64,000 nt of DNA from an uncultured Alphaproteobacteria bacterium (GTDB lineage: Bacteria; Pseudomonadota; Alphaproteobacteria; Rhizobiales; Xanthobacteraceae): the NCBI GenBank assembly GCA_963804405.1, contig CAWDQG010000030.1:28017-92016 (forward strand), written 5' to 3'. How positions within the stretch are numbered: the first letter of the stretch is position 1; each line of letters opens with the position of its first letter. A program made the position numbers and the translations under genes. Below, piece after piece: positions 20,234 through 30,114 of the stretch. The notes under the pieces are model-generated. The model was not told the origin of the DNA. It worked only from the letters and a program-made list of their open reading frames with translations, and ran no database searches.

Positions 20234-20977
20234 ATGTCGACCGGGAAACGCGCCGTCGTCACGGGCGGCGCCAACGGCATCGGACAAGCCTTCTGCAAGC
20301 GGCTGGCGGCGCAAGGCGCCAAGATCGTCATTGCCGACATCGCCGACTGCTCGGAAACCGTCGACGCGGTCAAGAGCGGCGGCGGCACCGCGATCGCCGC
20401 TCGCTGCGATCAGACCTCGGAGGCCGATGTCGCCAAGCTGCGGCAAACGGTGGAAAATGAGCTCGGCGGCTGCGACATCCTCGTGCACTGCGCCGGCATC
20501 TATCCGACGGCGGCGATCGACGAGATCACCTTTGAGCAATGGCGCAAGGTGCTGTCCGTCAATCTGGACTCGGTCTTTCTTCTTGTGAAAGCCTTCCTGC
20601 CGGCGATGAAGGAGCAGCGCTGGGGCCGCATCATCAGCGTGTCCTCGACCACCTTTCATTCCGGCATCGGCTTTAACACGCACTACACGGCGAGCAAAGG
20701 CGGCATCATCGGATTTGCCCGATCGCTCGCGTCCGAAGTCGGCGACTTCGGGATCACCGTCAACACCATCGCGCCGGGGCTGACGCGCACCGAGACCACC
20801 GTCAAGGGCAAGCCCGGAGAATTCGGCTGGTTCGACATGATCCGCGAACAGCAGGCGATCAAGCGCACGGAAACCCCGGAAGACTTGACCGGGACGCTGG
20901 CTTTCCTCGCCTCGGAGGACGCCGCCTTCATCACCGGACAGACCATCGTCGTCGACGGCGGCTGGAGATTCTCCTAG
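20234..20977 (+). CDS. SDR-family oxidoreductase
   Basis: 247-aa ORF with TGGANGIG, YTASK and C-terminal VVDGGW. Divergent from the GntR gene. Intact. Confidence 0.85.
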   Translation: MSTGKRAVVTGGANGIGQAFCKRLAAQGAKIVIADIADCSETVDAVKSGGGTAIAARCDQTSEADVAKLRQTVENELGGCDILVHCAGIYPTAAIDEITFEQWRKVLSVNLDSVFLLVKAFLPAMKEQRWGRIISVSSTTFHSGIGFNTHYTASKGGIIGFARSLASEVGDFGITVNTIAPGLTRTETTVKGKPGEFGWFDMIREQQAIKRTETPEDLTGTLAFLASEDAAFITGQTIVVDGGWRFS

Positions 20978-21083
20978 CGTCGCAGAAATTCGCCGGGAAA
21001 AAAATGCGAACTAAAATACGAGACGGATAATGTCTTAGCGGATAATATCCCGACTGAAACAGCGCTCGATTGACCGATCTTCA

Positions 21084-21118
21084 CTTGGGCAATTCGACTT
21101 GGGCAATTCGCTTGGCCA
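21084..21118 (+). repeat. Tandem direct repeat (about 2.5 x 13-14 bp) upstream of cupin gene
   Basis: cttgggcaattcga cttgggcaattcg cttggcca, ending 28 nt before ATG 21146. Further upstream lies cggataat x2 plus the palindrome GGATAATATCC (21040-21050). Confidence 0.7.
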
Positions 21119-21145
21119 GTTTCGAGAATGCCCGGAGGCAAACCG

Positions 21146-21559
21146 ATGGCTTACATATTCAAAGAAAGCGAACTCCCGTCCTTGATTTCGGTGGTGCCGG
21201 GCCGCGAGCGCATTTTTTTCGTCAATCAGGAGCTGGCCAATATTGACGACATGCTCGCCGGCGTCATGCATTACAAAAAAGGCGCCGCATCGCCGCTGCA
21301 TCTGCACAAGAATTGCGAGCATTTCTATTTCATCATCAGCGGCAAGGCGACGGTCGAGTCCGACGAAGGCATCCGCCCGGTCGGTCCTGGCGACATGATC
21401 TTTATCCCGGCAGAGGAAAAGCACCGGCTGCACGCCACCGAGCCGCTGTTTTATTTCGAGTTTCAGGCTCCCAATCGCTTCAAGACCACGATCCTGGAAG
21501 GGACCGAGGACGATCTGCGCTGGGAGCGCAAGGACGGCCGGGTCTGGGTGCAGACCTAG
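21146..21559 (+). CDS. Cupin-domain protein
   Basis: ORF 21128..21559 trimmed to ATG 21146 (GGAGG 7 nt upstream). ...ASPLHLHKNCEHFYFIISGKATVE...GDMIFIPAEEKHRL. The stop TAG 21557-21559 is the first 3 nt of repeat copy C. Confidence 0.75.
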   Translation: MAYIFKESELPSLISVVPGRERIFFVNQELANIDDMLAGVMHYKKGAASPLHLHKNCEHFYFIISGKATVESDEGIRPVGPGDMIFIPAEEKHRLHATEPLFYFEFQAPNRFKTTILEGTEDDLRWERKDGRVWVQT

Positions 21560-21659
21560 ACCATGATTCGATCAAGTTGAACGGATCATGGTCTAGATTT
21601 TGCGTTGGAGCATGATCTTGTCCGAAAACCGGTTTCCACTTTTCGGGATCATGCTCTAA
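21557..21659 (+). repeat. Bipartite hairpin repeat, copy C (full length)
   Basis: tagaccatgattcgatcaagttgaacggatcatggtcta + gattttgcgttggagcatgatcttgtccgaaaaccggtttccacttttcgggatcatgctctaa. Confidence 0.9.
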
Positions 21660-21688
21660 GCGTTCGACCGAAGCAGGATCAAACAATC

Positions 21689-22033
21689 ATGTCGCTTACC
21701 TTCATCGACACCAACAAGCTTCCCAAGAAGACCACGGCCGGGCACGGCGAGCTCATTGAAGTTCTCAACCAAGCGCTATGCGGGGCGCAAAACGTGCACG
21801 GCTCGGTGCGCTGGCTCAAAGCCGGCGAGTCGTTCGAGCCGGAGGCCATCGACCGGCACCAGCTCATCTATCTGATGGACGGCAAAGGCAGCATCAAGCT
21901 CGACACCGGCAGCTACGACGTTGAAAACGGCGCCGGCGTGTATCTCGGGCCCAGGGAAACTGCGACCATCCGGCCGGCGGCCGGGGCCTCGCTGAAGCTC
22001 TTCCACCTCGTCGTGCCGCGCATACCGAAGTAG
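21689..22033 (+). CDS. Cupin-domain protein (small)
   Basis: ORF 21605..22033 begins inside the repeat, so it is trimmed to ATG 21689 (MSLTFIDTNKLPKK...HGSVRWLKAGESFEP...HQLIYLMDGKGSIKL...). Start is uncertain. Confidence 0.55.
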   Translation: MSLTFIDTNKLPKKTTAGHGELIEVLNQALCGAQNVHGSVRWLKAGESFEPEAIDRHQLIYLMDGKGSIKLDTGSYDVENGAGVYLGPRETATIRPAAGASLKLFHLVVPRIPK

Positions 22034-22066
22034 CGCGCCGCCACCACCGACACCGACGCCTTTGGC

Positions 22067-23870
22067 CTACTCGTCGCCGACAAGCTCGTGTCGCCGCCGC
22101 TCCAGTTCGGCGGCATAACGGCGAAGCGCATAGGCTTCGGTCAACAGCCCGATGACGCGCCGATCCGGATAGGAATTGACGACCGCCAGCGCCTCGGCCT
22201 CGTCGCGATCGAACGCCAGCACGGCTTCCTTGATCGTCATGCTGGGCACCAAAATACCATCGGTATGGCGCAGCAGCTCCTTGACAGGCTCGCCGGGCGC
22301 GGCTTCCACCGCGTGGGCGTCGGCCACCGCCACCATGCCGACATAGCGGAGTTGCTCGTCGACCGCGATGATGTGGGCCGGTGAGCCCAGCGGAAATGCT
22401 TCGCGAAATGCCGCGACCGTGGTGTGTCACCGGGACCGTGCGCACGTCGTGGCGCATCATCTTGCCGACGGTCAGATCGCGCATCCAGCCGACATCGGCG
22501 GCGCTGCGGATGGTTTCGCCGCGCAGATGGAAGCGCCAAGTGGCGAACGAATAGCCGAACATCTCGCGGGTGACTTGCGAAGAAATGATCACGGCGATCA
22601 GCACCGCCGCCGTCAGCCACAGATCACCGGTGGTCTCCAGCGCGATGAAGGTCATGGTCATCGGGCCGCCGATCACCGCGGCCGAAAGTCCGCCCATGCT
22701 GATCACCGCATAGACATTCGAATCGAAATGACCGCCGGGAAGAGCCGTGCTCAGCGCGACCGCGAGCAGGTGGCCGCCAAGCGCACCGATCAACAGCGAG
22801 GAAAAGAACAAGCCGCCGCGGAATCCGCAGCCGAGCGAGACGACCGAAGCCACGATCTTGAGCACGAAAAGCAGCGCCACGGTCCACAGCGACAGTTGCA
22901 GCATTCCGGAAAAGTGCAACGCGCCGTGGCCGGACGACATCACCTGCGGCGCCACGGTCGCTATCAGCCCAACCAGAAGTCCACCGACCCCGAGGCGCAG
23001 CGTGTATCGGAGCTTCAGGCGGGCAAATAAACCTTCGCAGAGGGCGACACCGCGCATGATCACGATACCCGCCGCCGCGCACAAAAGCCCAATGAGGGCG
23101 GCGATCATGAGATCCTGCAGCGTGATGACCATGCGCTCAGGGGCGACGACGCCGAGGTCGGCTGGAGAAAGCGCCTGCGCGACCAGATATCCGATCAGCG
23201 CCGAGACAGCGACCGGCGCCAAGCTGTTGGGCGTATAGCCGCCGATGATAAGTTCGAAACCGTAAAAGGCGCCGGCGAGCGGCGCGCCGAACGCGCCGGC
23301 GATGCCGCCGGCGGCACCGCAGCCGACCAGAATACGCAAGTCGGCGCGGCGCAGCCGAAATGCCATGCCGATGCGCGAGGCGATGCCGCTGGCGAATTGC
23401 GTGTAGCCGGCCTCGAGGCCGACCGAGGCTCCGACGCCGCTCGACCAGACCGTCTCGGCGGCCACAATGATGCTGCCGAGCAGCGACATGCGGCCGCCGT
23501 GCAGCGCGTTCGCCTCGATCGGATCGATTTCGCGCTCCGGCCGCCAGTACACGATCAGCTCGCGGGCAATGCCAAAAACGATACCGCCGGCAAGCGGCAC
23601 CGATATCGCGATAACGGGATCAAGCCGCAGCAAGCCCGACAGCCGCTCGCCCGGACCAAGATGAAAGAGCAGCCGGTGCAAGGTATCGACGCCGGTGCCC
23701 ATGGCGGTCACAATGAGGCCGGCAATCGCGCCGACCAGCGCCGCAAGCACGATCAGGCTCGATTCACGCGCGCGGACGATGGCCCGAAGGCGCCGGGGTA
23801 TTTCCAGTCGGCTGACTACCCTATCGATCACCGGATCACCAGACCGCTGAGCTGCGCCGAGCCTTAGCAT
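22067..23870 (-). pseudogene. ClC-type chloride channel with C-terminal CBS pair, one frame break
   Basis: ORF 21894..23870 carries the TM core (GVGASVGLEAG, GAFGAPLAGAFYGFE, multiple helices) up to MMRHDVRTVPVT. The text then continues in the frame of ORF 22067..22336 as TVAAFREAFPLGSPAHIIAVDEQLRYVGMVAVADAH...IKEAVLAFDRDEAEALAVV. Break at 22421-22422. Confidence 0.75.
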
Positions 23871-24023
23871 GGAACCGCTCCGGCCGCGGCCTGTTCAAAC
23901 AACCGCGCCATTCGTGGGCTGGCATTTACCTCAATGTCCGCCCAACCGGCAGTGACCGCGTTTTGGAACTCTCCTTCGGGCAGAAACGTTAGAAATTATG
24001 ACTGCGCTTGGGGGCAATCTGTC

Positions 24024-25553
24024 ATGGCTCAATACGCACCCAAGGCAGCGGGCAATGGGGATTCGGCGCCGCCGGTTCCCGACCCTCGCTCCAGCCGATC
24101 GCCACGCCCTGCCCGGATCGCCGGCGCGGCCTCGACTGCAATCGTCGAAACCGACATCCCAAGTCGTCTCGATGCACTGCCGTTCGGCCGCTTCCATCTT
24201 TTGGTCATCGTTGCGCTGGGCGTCACCTGGGTCCTCGACGGACTGGAGGTGACGCTCACGGGTTCGCTGTCTGGCGAACTCATGCAGCCCTCCGGCTTGG
24301 GCTTGAGCGGCGCGCAGATCGGTCTTGCCGGCAGCATTTATCTGTGCGGAGCGGTTCTTGGCGCTTTCTTCTTTGGCTGGCTGACGGATCGCATGGGGCG
24401 CAAGAAGCTCTTTTCCATTACGCTCGCGGTCTATCTCCTCGCCACCGCGGCCACCGGACTATCCTGGGATGTCTGGAGTTTCGTCGCGTTCCGCTTTGTC
24501 ACGGGAGCCGGCATTGGCGGCGAATACACTGCCATCAATTCGACAATCCAGGAGCTTATCCCTGCCCGTCTGCGTGGCTGGACCGACCTCCTGATTAACG
24601 GCAGTTTCTGGGTCGGGGCGGCCATGGGTGCTGGCGGCTCGATCGTGCTGCTTAATCCCGCATTGATTGACCCCGCCCTCGGATGGCGTTTGGCCTTCCT
24701 GATCGGCACAGCGATAGGACTCTTCATTCTCGTCATGAGGCGTTGGATTCCAGAAAGCCCGCGCTGGCTGATGACCCACGGCTTCGTCAAAGAAGCCGAC
24801 GCCATCGTGCGCAGCATTGAAGCGCGCGTCGAACATGCGCCTCACGCCGGCGACTGGCCGCGCATCCGGTTGCGCGTGCGCGACCATACGCCGCTCAGCG
24901 AAGTCGGCTATGTGCTGTTTAAGACCTATCGCCAGCGCACCCTGGTCGGCCTTACGCTGATGGCGGCGCAGGCGTTCTTCTATAACGCGATCTTCTTCAC
25001 CTACGCGCTGGTCCTGACCAGCTTTTACGCCATCCCGGCCGGCGAGATCGGCTGGTACATCCTTCCGTTCGCGGCGGGCAACGTGTTCGGACCAATTGTG
25101 CTCGGCCGCCTGTTCGACACGATCGGCCGCAAGGTGATGATCGCGGCAACTTACGGCTTATCGGGTATCCTGCTGGCCGTGACCGGCTACCTCTTCAGCC
25201 AGGGCCTGCTGACGGCGCAGACGCTCACCATCGCCTGGATGCTGGTTTTCTTTTTTGCCTCGGCGGCGGCGAGCTCCGCCTATCTGACGGTCAGCGAGAT
25301 TTTCCCGCTGGAGATTCGCGCGCTGGCCATCGCCTTCTTTTATGCGATCGGTACCGGCGTCGGCGGCGTGGCGGGACCGTTGCTGCTGGGCGCGCTGATC
25401 AGCACCGGCTCGCGGGGCAGCGTCACCGCCGGTTATCTCATTGCCGTGCTGTTGATGATTGCGGCCGCCGTCGTGCAGGCGATTTGGGGGGTGGCCGCCG
25501 AACGCAAATCGCTCGAGAGCGTCGCCCGCCCGTTGTCTTTTGTCGAATCATGA
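24024..25553 (+). CDS. MFS transporter (sugar-porter-like)
   Basis: ORF 23934..25553 trimmed to ATG 24024. 12-TM pattern, GWLTDRMGRKK loop, PESPRWL. Immediately upstream of otsB. Intact. Confidence 0.8.
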   Translation: MAQYAPKAAGNGDSAPPVPDPRSSRSPRPARIAGAASTAIVETDIPSRLDALPFGRFHLLVIVALGVTWVLDGLEVTLTGSLSGELMQPSGLGLSGAQIGLAGSIYLCGAVLGAFFFGWLTDRMGRKKLFSITLAVYLLATAATGLSWDVWSFVAFRFVTGAGIGGEYTAINSTIQELIPARLRGWTDLLINGSFWVGAAMGAGGSIVLLNPALIDPALGWRLAFLIGTAIGLFILVMRRWIPESPRWLMTHGFVKEADAIVRSIEARVEHAPHAGDWPRIRLRVRDHTPLSEVGYVLFKTYRQRTLVGLTLMAAQAFFYNAIFFTYALVLTSFYAIPAGEIGWYILPFAAGNVFGPIVLGRLFDTIGRKVMIAATYGLSGILLAVTGYLFSQGLLTAQTLTIAWMLVFFFASAAASSAYLTVSEIFPLEIRALAIAFFYAIGTGVGGVAGPLLLGALISTGSRGSVTAGYLIAVLLMIAAAVVQAIWGVAAERKSLESVARPLSFVES

Positions 25554-25559
25554 TGGGAT

Positions 25560-26360
25560 ATGAACGTGCAGAGCCAAGAACAAGTCGCCGATCCTGCCAT
25601 GGACATTGCCACGAGGTCGCTAACGTCGGATTTACGGGCCTGCGCGATCCTGCTCGATATCGACGGCACCATTCTCGATATCGCGCCGACCCCGCGGCAG
25701 GTCTCGGTACCACCCGAGCTGCGGCATACGCTGGCGCGCCTGCAGGATCTCACCGGCGGCGCGCTGGCGCTGGTGAGCGGCCGGCTGCTCGCCGACATTG
25801 ATCTGATCTTTGCGCCGCTGCAGCTCGCGGCCATCGGCGGCCATGGCGCCGAGCTGCGTCCGGCGCCCGGCGCGGAGCCGCAGCGGCGGGCGGGATCGTT
25901 GAGCCCCGAATTGAAACGCATGCTGGCCGCACTGACCGAACTCGGCCCGGGCATTCTGGTCGAGGACAAGGGCTATTCGCTCGCCCTGCATTATCGGCTC
26001 GCGCCCGAACTTGGAGCCGCGCTGCAAGCCGCCGTCAGCGGTATTTGCGGCAAGTTGCCGTCCGGCACGGTGGAAATCCTGCCCGGCAAGGCGGTCGTCG
26101 AGGTGAAACCGGCTCGCATCGACAAGGCTTCGGCGGTGCGCGAATTGATGAAGCACCCGCCGTTTCGCGGCCGCCATCCGATCTTCATCGGCGACGACGT
26201 CACCGACGAGCCGGTGTTCGGCGTCATTCCGCAATTCGGTGGTTTGGGCTTTTCCGTCGGCCGCATTGTCGCCGGCGTGGACGGTCACTTCGACCGGCCC
26301 GAGGATGTCCGCACGTGGCTGGCGCGGATCGTCGCCGACCGCGGAGACGTGGTCGGATGA
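25560..26360 (+). CDS. otsB: Trehalose-6-phosphate phosphatase
   Basis: HAD motifs LLDIDGTIL, ALVSGR, ...FIGDDVTDE. About 266 aa. The stop overlaps the next start (ATGA at 26357-26360). Confidence 0.85.
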   Translation: MNVQSQEQVADPAMDIATRSLTSDLRACAILLDIDGTILDIAPTPRQVSVPPELRHTLARLQDLTGGALALVSGRLLADIDLIFAPLQLAAIGGHGAELRPAPGAEPQRRAGSLSPELKRMLAALTELGPGILVEDKGYSLALHYRLAPELGAALQAAVSGICGKLPSGTVEILPGKAVVEVKPARIDKASAVRELMKHPPFRGRHPIFIGDDVTDEPVFGVIPQFGGLGFSVGRIVAGVDGHFDRPEDVRTWLARIVADRGDVVG

Positions 26361-28147
26361 AAGACCACGGGCTTGATCTTGCCGTCATCGGGAACGGACG
26401 CACGGCCGCATTGGTTGACCCGACGTCGCGCTTCGTTTGGTGGTGTTATCCGCGCTTCGACAGCGATCCGATTTTCTGCCGATTGCTGGCGGGCAAGGAG
26501 GAGAAGGGTTTTTCCGACGTCGTGCTCGACGACATGGCTGAATATCAATCGGAATACGTGCGCAACACGGCGATCGTCTCCACGACGTTGACCGACCACC
26601 AGGGCGGCAAGGTCAAGATCACCGATTTCGTCCCGCGCTTCCGGCAGTTCGGGCGCGTGTTTCGTCCGCCGCAAATTTTTCGCATCATCGAGCCGATTGC
26701 CGGGCTGCCGCGCATCACCGTCCGCATGCGTCCGACCAGCGACTACGGCAAGCCATTGCAGCAGCGCTCGCTCGGCAGCAACCACATCCGCTATTCCGGC
26801 GAAGGCACGGTTATTCGGCTGACGACCGATGCGCCGCTGTCATTGATCGACGGCGAGGCCCCGTTCGTGCTGACCCGCCCGCTGCATCTGGTGTTCGGTC
26901 CGGACGAGCCGTTCCCCGGCGACTTGCAGTCGACCTGCCGCGACTTCGCCGACCGGACGCGCGACTATTGGATGGAATGGGTGCGCCGGCTGTCGATCTC
27001 GTACGATTGGCAGGAAGCCATTATCCGCGCCGCCATCACGCTCAAGCTCAGCAATTTCGACGAGACTGGCGGCATTATCGCCGCGCACACCACCTCGATA
27101 CCGGAAGCGCCGGGCTCCGGCCGCACCTGGGACTACCGCTATTGCTGGCTGCGGGATGCGTATTTCGTCGTCCAGGCGCTCAATCGCATCGGCGCGACGC
27201 GCACGATGGAAGAGTTCATATCCTTCACGATTTCGATCGCGTCGAAGCCGGATCAGGAGCTGCGGCCGCTTTACAGCGTCGTGCCGACCAATGAGGTCGA
27301 TGAGCGGACCGCGCCGGACCTCGAAGGCTATCGCGGCGACGGACCGGTGCGCATCGGCAACGCCGCGGTGGGTCAGGCGCAACACGACACCTATGGCAGC
27401 GTGATCCTCGCCGCGATGCCGCTGTTCTTCGATCGGCGCCTGCCGCGGCCCGGCGACGTCGGCCTGTTTCGCCTTCTGGAAACGCTCGGCGAGCGCGCGG
27501 CGCGAAAGGCGTTGGAGCCGGATTCCGGCATCTGGGAATATCGCGGCCGCCAGCGCGTCCATACCCACTCGGCGGCGATGTGCTGGGCCGGGTGTCAACG
27601 GCTGTCGGCGATCGCCATGCGGCTCGGTCTGGAAGACCGTGCCAAATACTGGAACACGGTTGCCGAGCCGATCCATGCGGCCTTGCTTGAGCGGGCCTGG
27701 AACGAGAAGCGCGGCGCCTTTACGGCGGCATTCGGGTCGGACGATCTCGACGCCAGCGTGCTGCTCTTGCCCGATCTCGGTGTCGTGGAGGTCGACGATC
27801 CGCGCTTTGTCTCCACGGTGGCCGCCATGGAGCGGGAGCTGGTGCGCGAAAAGCACGTCATGCGCTACGCCAACGCCGACGATTTCGGCTTGCCGGTGAC
27901 CGCGTTCCTGATCTGCCGGTTCTGGCTGATCGATGCCCAATGGTCGCTCGGGCGGCGCGAGGCGGCGCGCGACCTTTTCATCGACGCGCTCAGCCACCGC
28001 AATCGCTACGGTCTGCTGTCGGAAGACGTCGATCCACAGACCGGCGAATTATGGGGCAATTTCCCGCAGACCTATTCGATGGCCGGACTTATACTTTCCG
28101 CGATGCGGTTGTCGCGAAGCTGGGAAGACCGTTATTGGCGCGGGTAA
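26357..28147 (+). CDS. Glycoside hydrolase family 15 (glucoamylase/trehalase-like)
   Basis: ORF 26045..28147 trimmed to ATG 26357 (MKDHGLDLAVIGNGRTAALV). RTWDYRYCWLRDA, ...LLSEDVDPQTGELWGNFPQTYSMAGL. Paralogue of 51178..52998. Confidence 0.85.
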   Translation: MKDHGLDLAVIGNGRTAALVDPTSRFVWWCYPRFDSDPIFCRLLAGKEEKGFSDVVLDDMAEYQSEYVRNTAIVSTTLTDHQGGKVKITDFVPRFRQFGRVFRPPQIFRIIEPIAGLPRITVRMRPTSDYGKPLQQRSLGSNHIRYSGEGTVIRLTTDAPLSLIDGEAPFVLTRPLHLVFGPDEPFPGDLQSTCRDFADRTRDYWMEWVRRLSISYDWQEAIIRAAITLKLSNFDETGGIIAAHTTSIPEAPGSGRTWDYRYCWLRDAYFVVQALNRIGATRTMEEFISFTISIASKPDQELRPLYSVVPTNEVDERTAPDLEGYRGDGPVRIGNAAVGQAQHDTYGSVILAAMPLFFDRRLPRPGDVGLFRLLETLGERAARKALEPDSGIWEYRGRQRVHTHSAAMCWAGCQRLSAIAMRLGLEDRAKYWNTVAEPIHAALLERAWNEKRGAFTAAFGSDDLDASVLLLPDLGVVEVDDPRFVSTVAAMERELVREKHVMRYANADDFGLPVTAFLICRFWLIDAQWSLGRREAARDLFIDALSHRNRYGLLSEDVDPQTGELWGNFPQTYSMAGLILSAMRLSRSWEDRYWRG

Positions 28148-28184
28148 GCGCGCCTCGGGCCGTCGAGCGTTGACGATCGGACGC

Positions 28185-29222
28185 CTAGTGCTTCTGCGAC
28201 GGTCTTGGCCAGTTTTCGTCGGACGACGCAGCCACGACGTCCTCCAGATTGCTCCACCATGCGGCGTGCGGCGTGCCGCCTGCCGACTCGGCGGGCTGTT
28301 CCGTGGCGACGCGCTGGCTCGCGCGCAGCAATCCTGACCATTGCGCCTCGCCGGCATTGCGATCGGCCGTGGCGGCGACCACACGATCGCGCCCCTCCTC
28401 CTTGGCCGCATACAGCGCGGTATCGGCGCGTTTGAGCAGCTGATCAATGCTTTCGCCGGGTCGCGCTTCGGCGACGCCAAGGCTGCACGTCACCGACAGC
28501 TTGCCGCCGGCAGTATCGAACGATAATTCGGCCAGGCGGGTGCGCAAGGCTTCAGCGAACGTGGTCGCAGTCTCGAGGTCGGCGCCTTCGAGCAGGATGG
28601 CGAATTCCTCGCCACCGAGTCGGCCGACGATGCCCTTTTTGCTCGAAGCTTCACCGCCGATGTCGCGAAGCACCTGGTCGCCGGCGTCATGGCCGCAGGT
28701 ATCGTTGATGTCCTTGAAATGGTCGACGTCGAACATGATCGCGGCGAATGGCGTCTGGCGCACGCGCTCCGCCTTCTCAAAAAAAGCGCGCCGGTTGAAG
28801 ACGCCGGTCAGTGGATCGACGCTGGCCAGGCGGATCAGCTCGCTCTGCAAGCGAAGCATCCGCTCGGCCGAGCGCAAACGCGCATACAATTCCTCGCAGA
28901 CCGGAGGCTTTCTGATGAATTCGTCGGCGCCGCTGTCGAGCGCATTGATCAGATGCTGCTCCTCGAAGTTGGACGACATCAGAATGATGTAGATCGCGCG
29001 ATCGTGACCGCAGAGCAGCCGCGTTTCCCAGCACAGCTCGATGCCCGACATCGGCGTCAGCTCGACGCTGGTGACCAACACGTTGACCTCGCGGTCCGAT
29101 TTGATGAAGTCGAGCGCTTCGGCCGCGTCGACGAACGCCGTCACGGTGTGCCGGTCGCTTTCAAGCAGTTTCGACACTGCCTTCAAGACCGTACAACTCG
29201 GGTCGACGACTACGATACGCAT
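28185..29222 (-). CDS. Response regulator receiver plus GGDEF diguanylate cyclase
   Basis: ORF 28185..29531 trimmed to ATG 29222 (MRIVVVDPS...). REC domain, then DPLTGVFNRRAF...GRLGGEEFAILL. About 55-aa C-terminal tail without recognisable domain. Confidence 0.8.
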   Translation of the reverse strand: MRIVVVDPSCTVLKAVSKLLESDRHTVTAFVDAAEALDFIKSDREVNVLVTSVELTPMSGIELCWETRLLCGHDRAIYIILMSSNFEEQHLINALDSGADEFIRKPPVCEELYARLRSAERMLRLQSELIRLASVDPLTGVFNRRAFFEKAERVRQTPFAAIMFDVDHFKDINDTCGHDAGDQVLRDIGGEASSKKGIVGRLGGEEFAILLEGADLETATTFAEALRTRLAELSFDTAGGKLSVTCSLGVAEARPGESIDQLLKRADTALYAAKEEGRDRVVAATADRNAGEAQWSGLLRASQRVATEQPAESAGGTPHAAWWSNLEDVVAASSDENWPRPSQKH

Positions 29223-29626
29223 ATCAGCAATGACCCAGGCGAATGAGAGGTCAGAGGTTAGCTTCGACGCGGTAACTAATATTGCGCAACGACGGCAAGA
29301 TATTCCGCTGTTTTTAGCTGAATTGCCGGTTCGAATTGAATCGCACCGCGAGACCGCACGCCGATCCACTGCGGTGCCCGGCAAACTGATTCGCAGTCGT
29401 TTTCGAGCGGATTCGCGGCCGTCTAGATTGCGCCGCGAGGCAACCAGGATTTTTTCGGCCGTAAAGCGGGCAAATCGCCAAACGATTTGCGACGGCGTCG
29501 GCATTTCGAAGGCCAGACACGCCGCAGACAACGTCGTCGAAAGCTATCACTCCCTCGTGAGCGCCGCTCCGACGCAAACACTGCGTGCTTACATTAACAT
29601 GTTGTTGTGCATGCGAGGCGCGATCA

Positions 29627-30103
29627 ATGGCCTACACGATCGAAGTCAATGGGGTGAAGCGGACTGCCGACGTCGACGGCGACATGCCGCTGCTCTGGGT
29701 GCTGCGCGACGAACTCGACCTCAAAGGCAGCAAGTTTGGCTGCGGCGCCGGGCTATGCGGCGCCTGCACGGTCCATATCGACGGCAAAGCCGTGCGCTCC
29801 TGTTTGACGCCGGTGGCGAGCGTAGGCGGCGCCCGCGTCGCGACCATCGAAGGGATGGCCGCTCATCCAATCGGTAAAAAGCTGCAAGCGGCATGGATGG
29901 CGCTCGACGTGCCGCAATGCGGCTATTGCCAGGCCGGCCAGATCATGACGGCGACCGAGCTCCTGACCAACAATCCGAGCCCGAGCGATGCCGATATTAA
30001 CGCGGCTATGAGCGGCAACGTGTGCCGCTGCTGCACCTATAGCCGGATCCGCGCCGCGATCAAAAAAGCGGCGCTCATGCCCGCCGGCGCTGCGACCAAG
30101 TGA
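29627..30103 (+). CDS. (2Fe-2S)-binding small subunit of isoquinoline/aldehyde oxidoreductase-type molybdoenzyme
   Basis: ORF 29585..30103 trimmed to ATG 29627. [11 protein letters not shown], then CGYCQAG...CRCCTY cysteine clusters. Confidence 0.85.
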   Translation: MAYTIEVNGVKRTADVDGDMPLLWVLRDELDLKGSKFGCGAGLCGACTVHIDGKAVRSCLTPVASVGGARVATIEGMAAHPIGKKLQAAWMALDVPQCGYCQAGQIMTATELLTNNPSPSDADINAAMSGNVCRCCTYSRIRAAIKKAALMPAGAATK

Positions 30104-30114
30104 TGGTGGACGTC

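Noticed and set aside
29320-29350. ggttcgaat, resembling a tRNA T-loop.
   Set aside because: The flanking bases cannot form the T-stem or the rest of a cloverleaf, and no acceptor stem or anticodon arm is evident.
29223-29626. Possible Moco or other riboswitch in the long leader before the iorAB-type molybdoenzyme genes.
   Set aside because: I could not recognise any known riboswitch core. I saw only generic short hairpins and one palindrome more typical of a protein-binding site.
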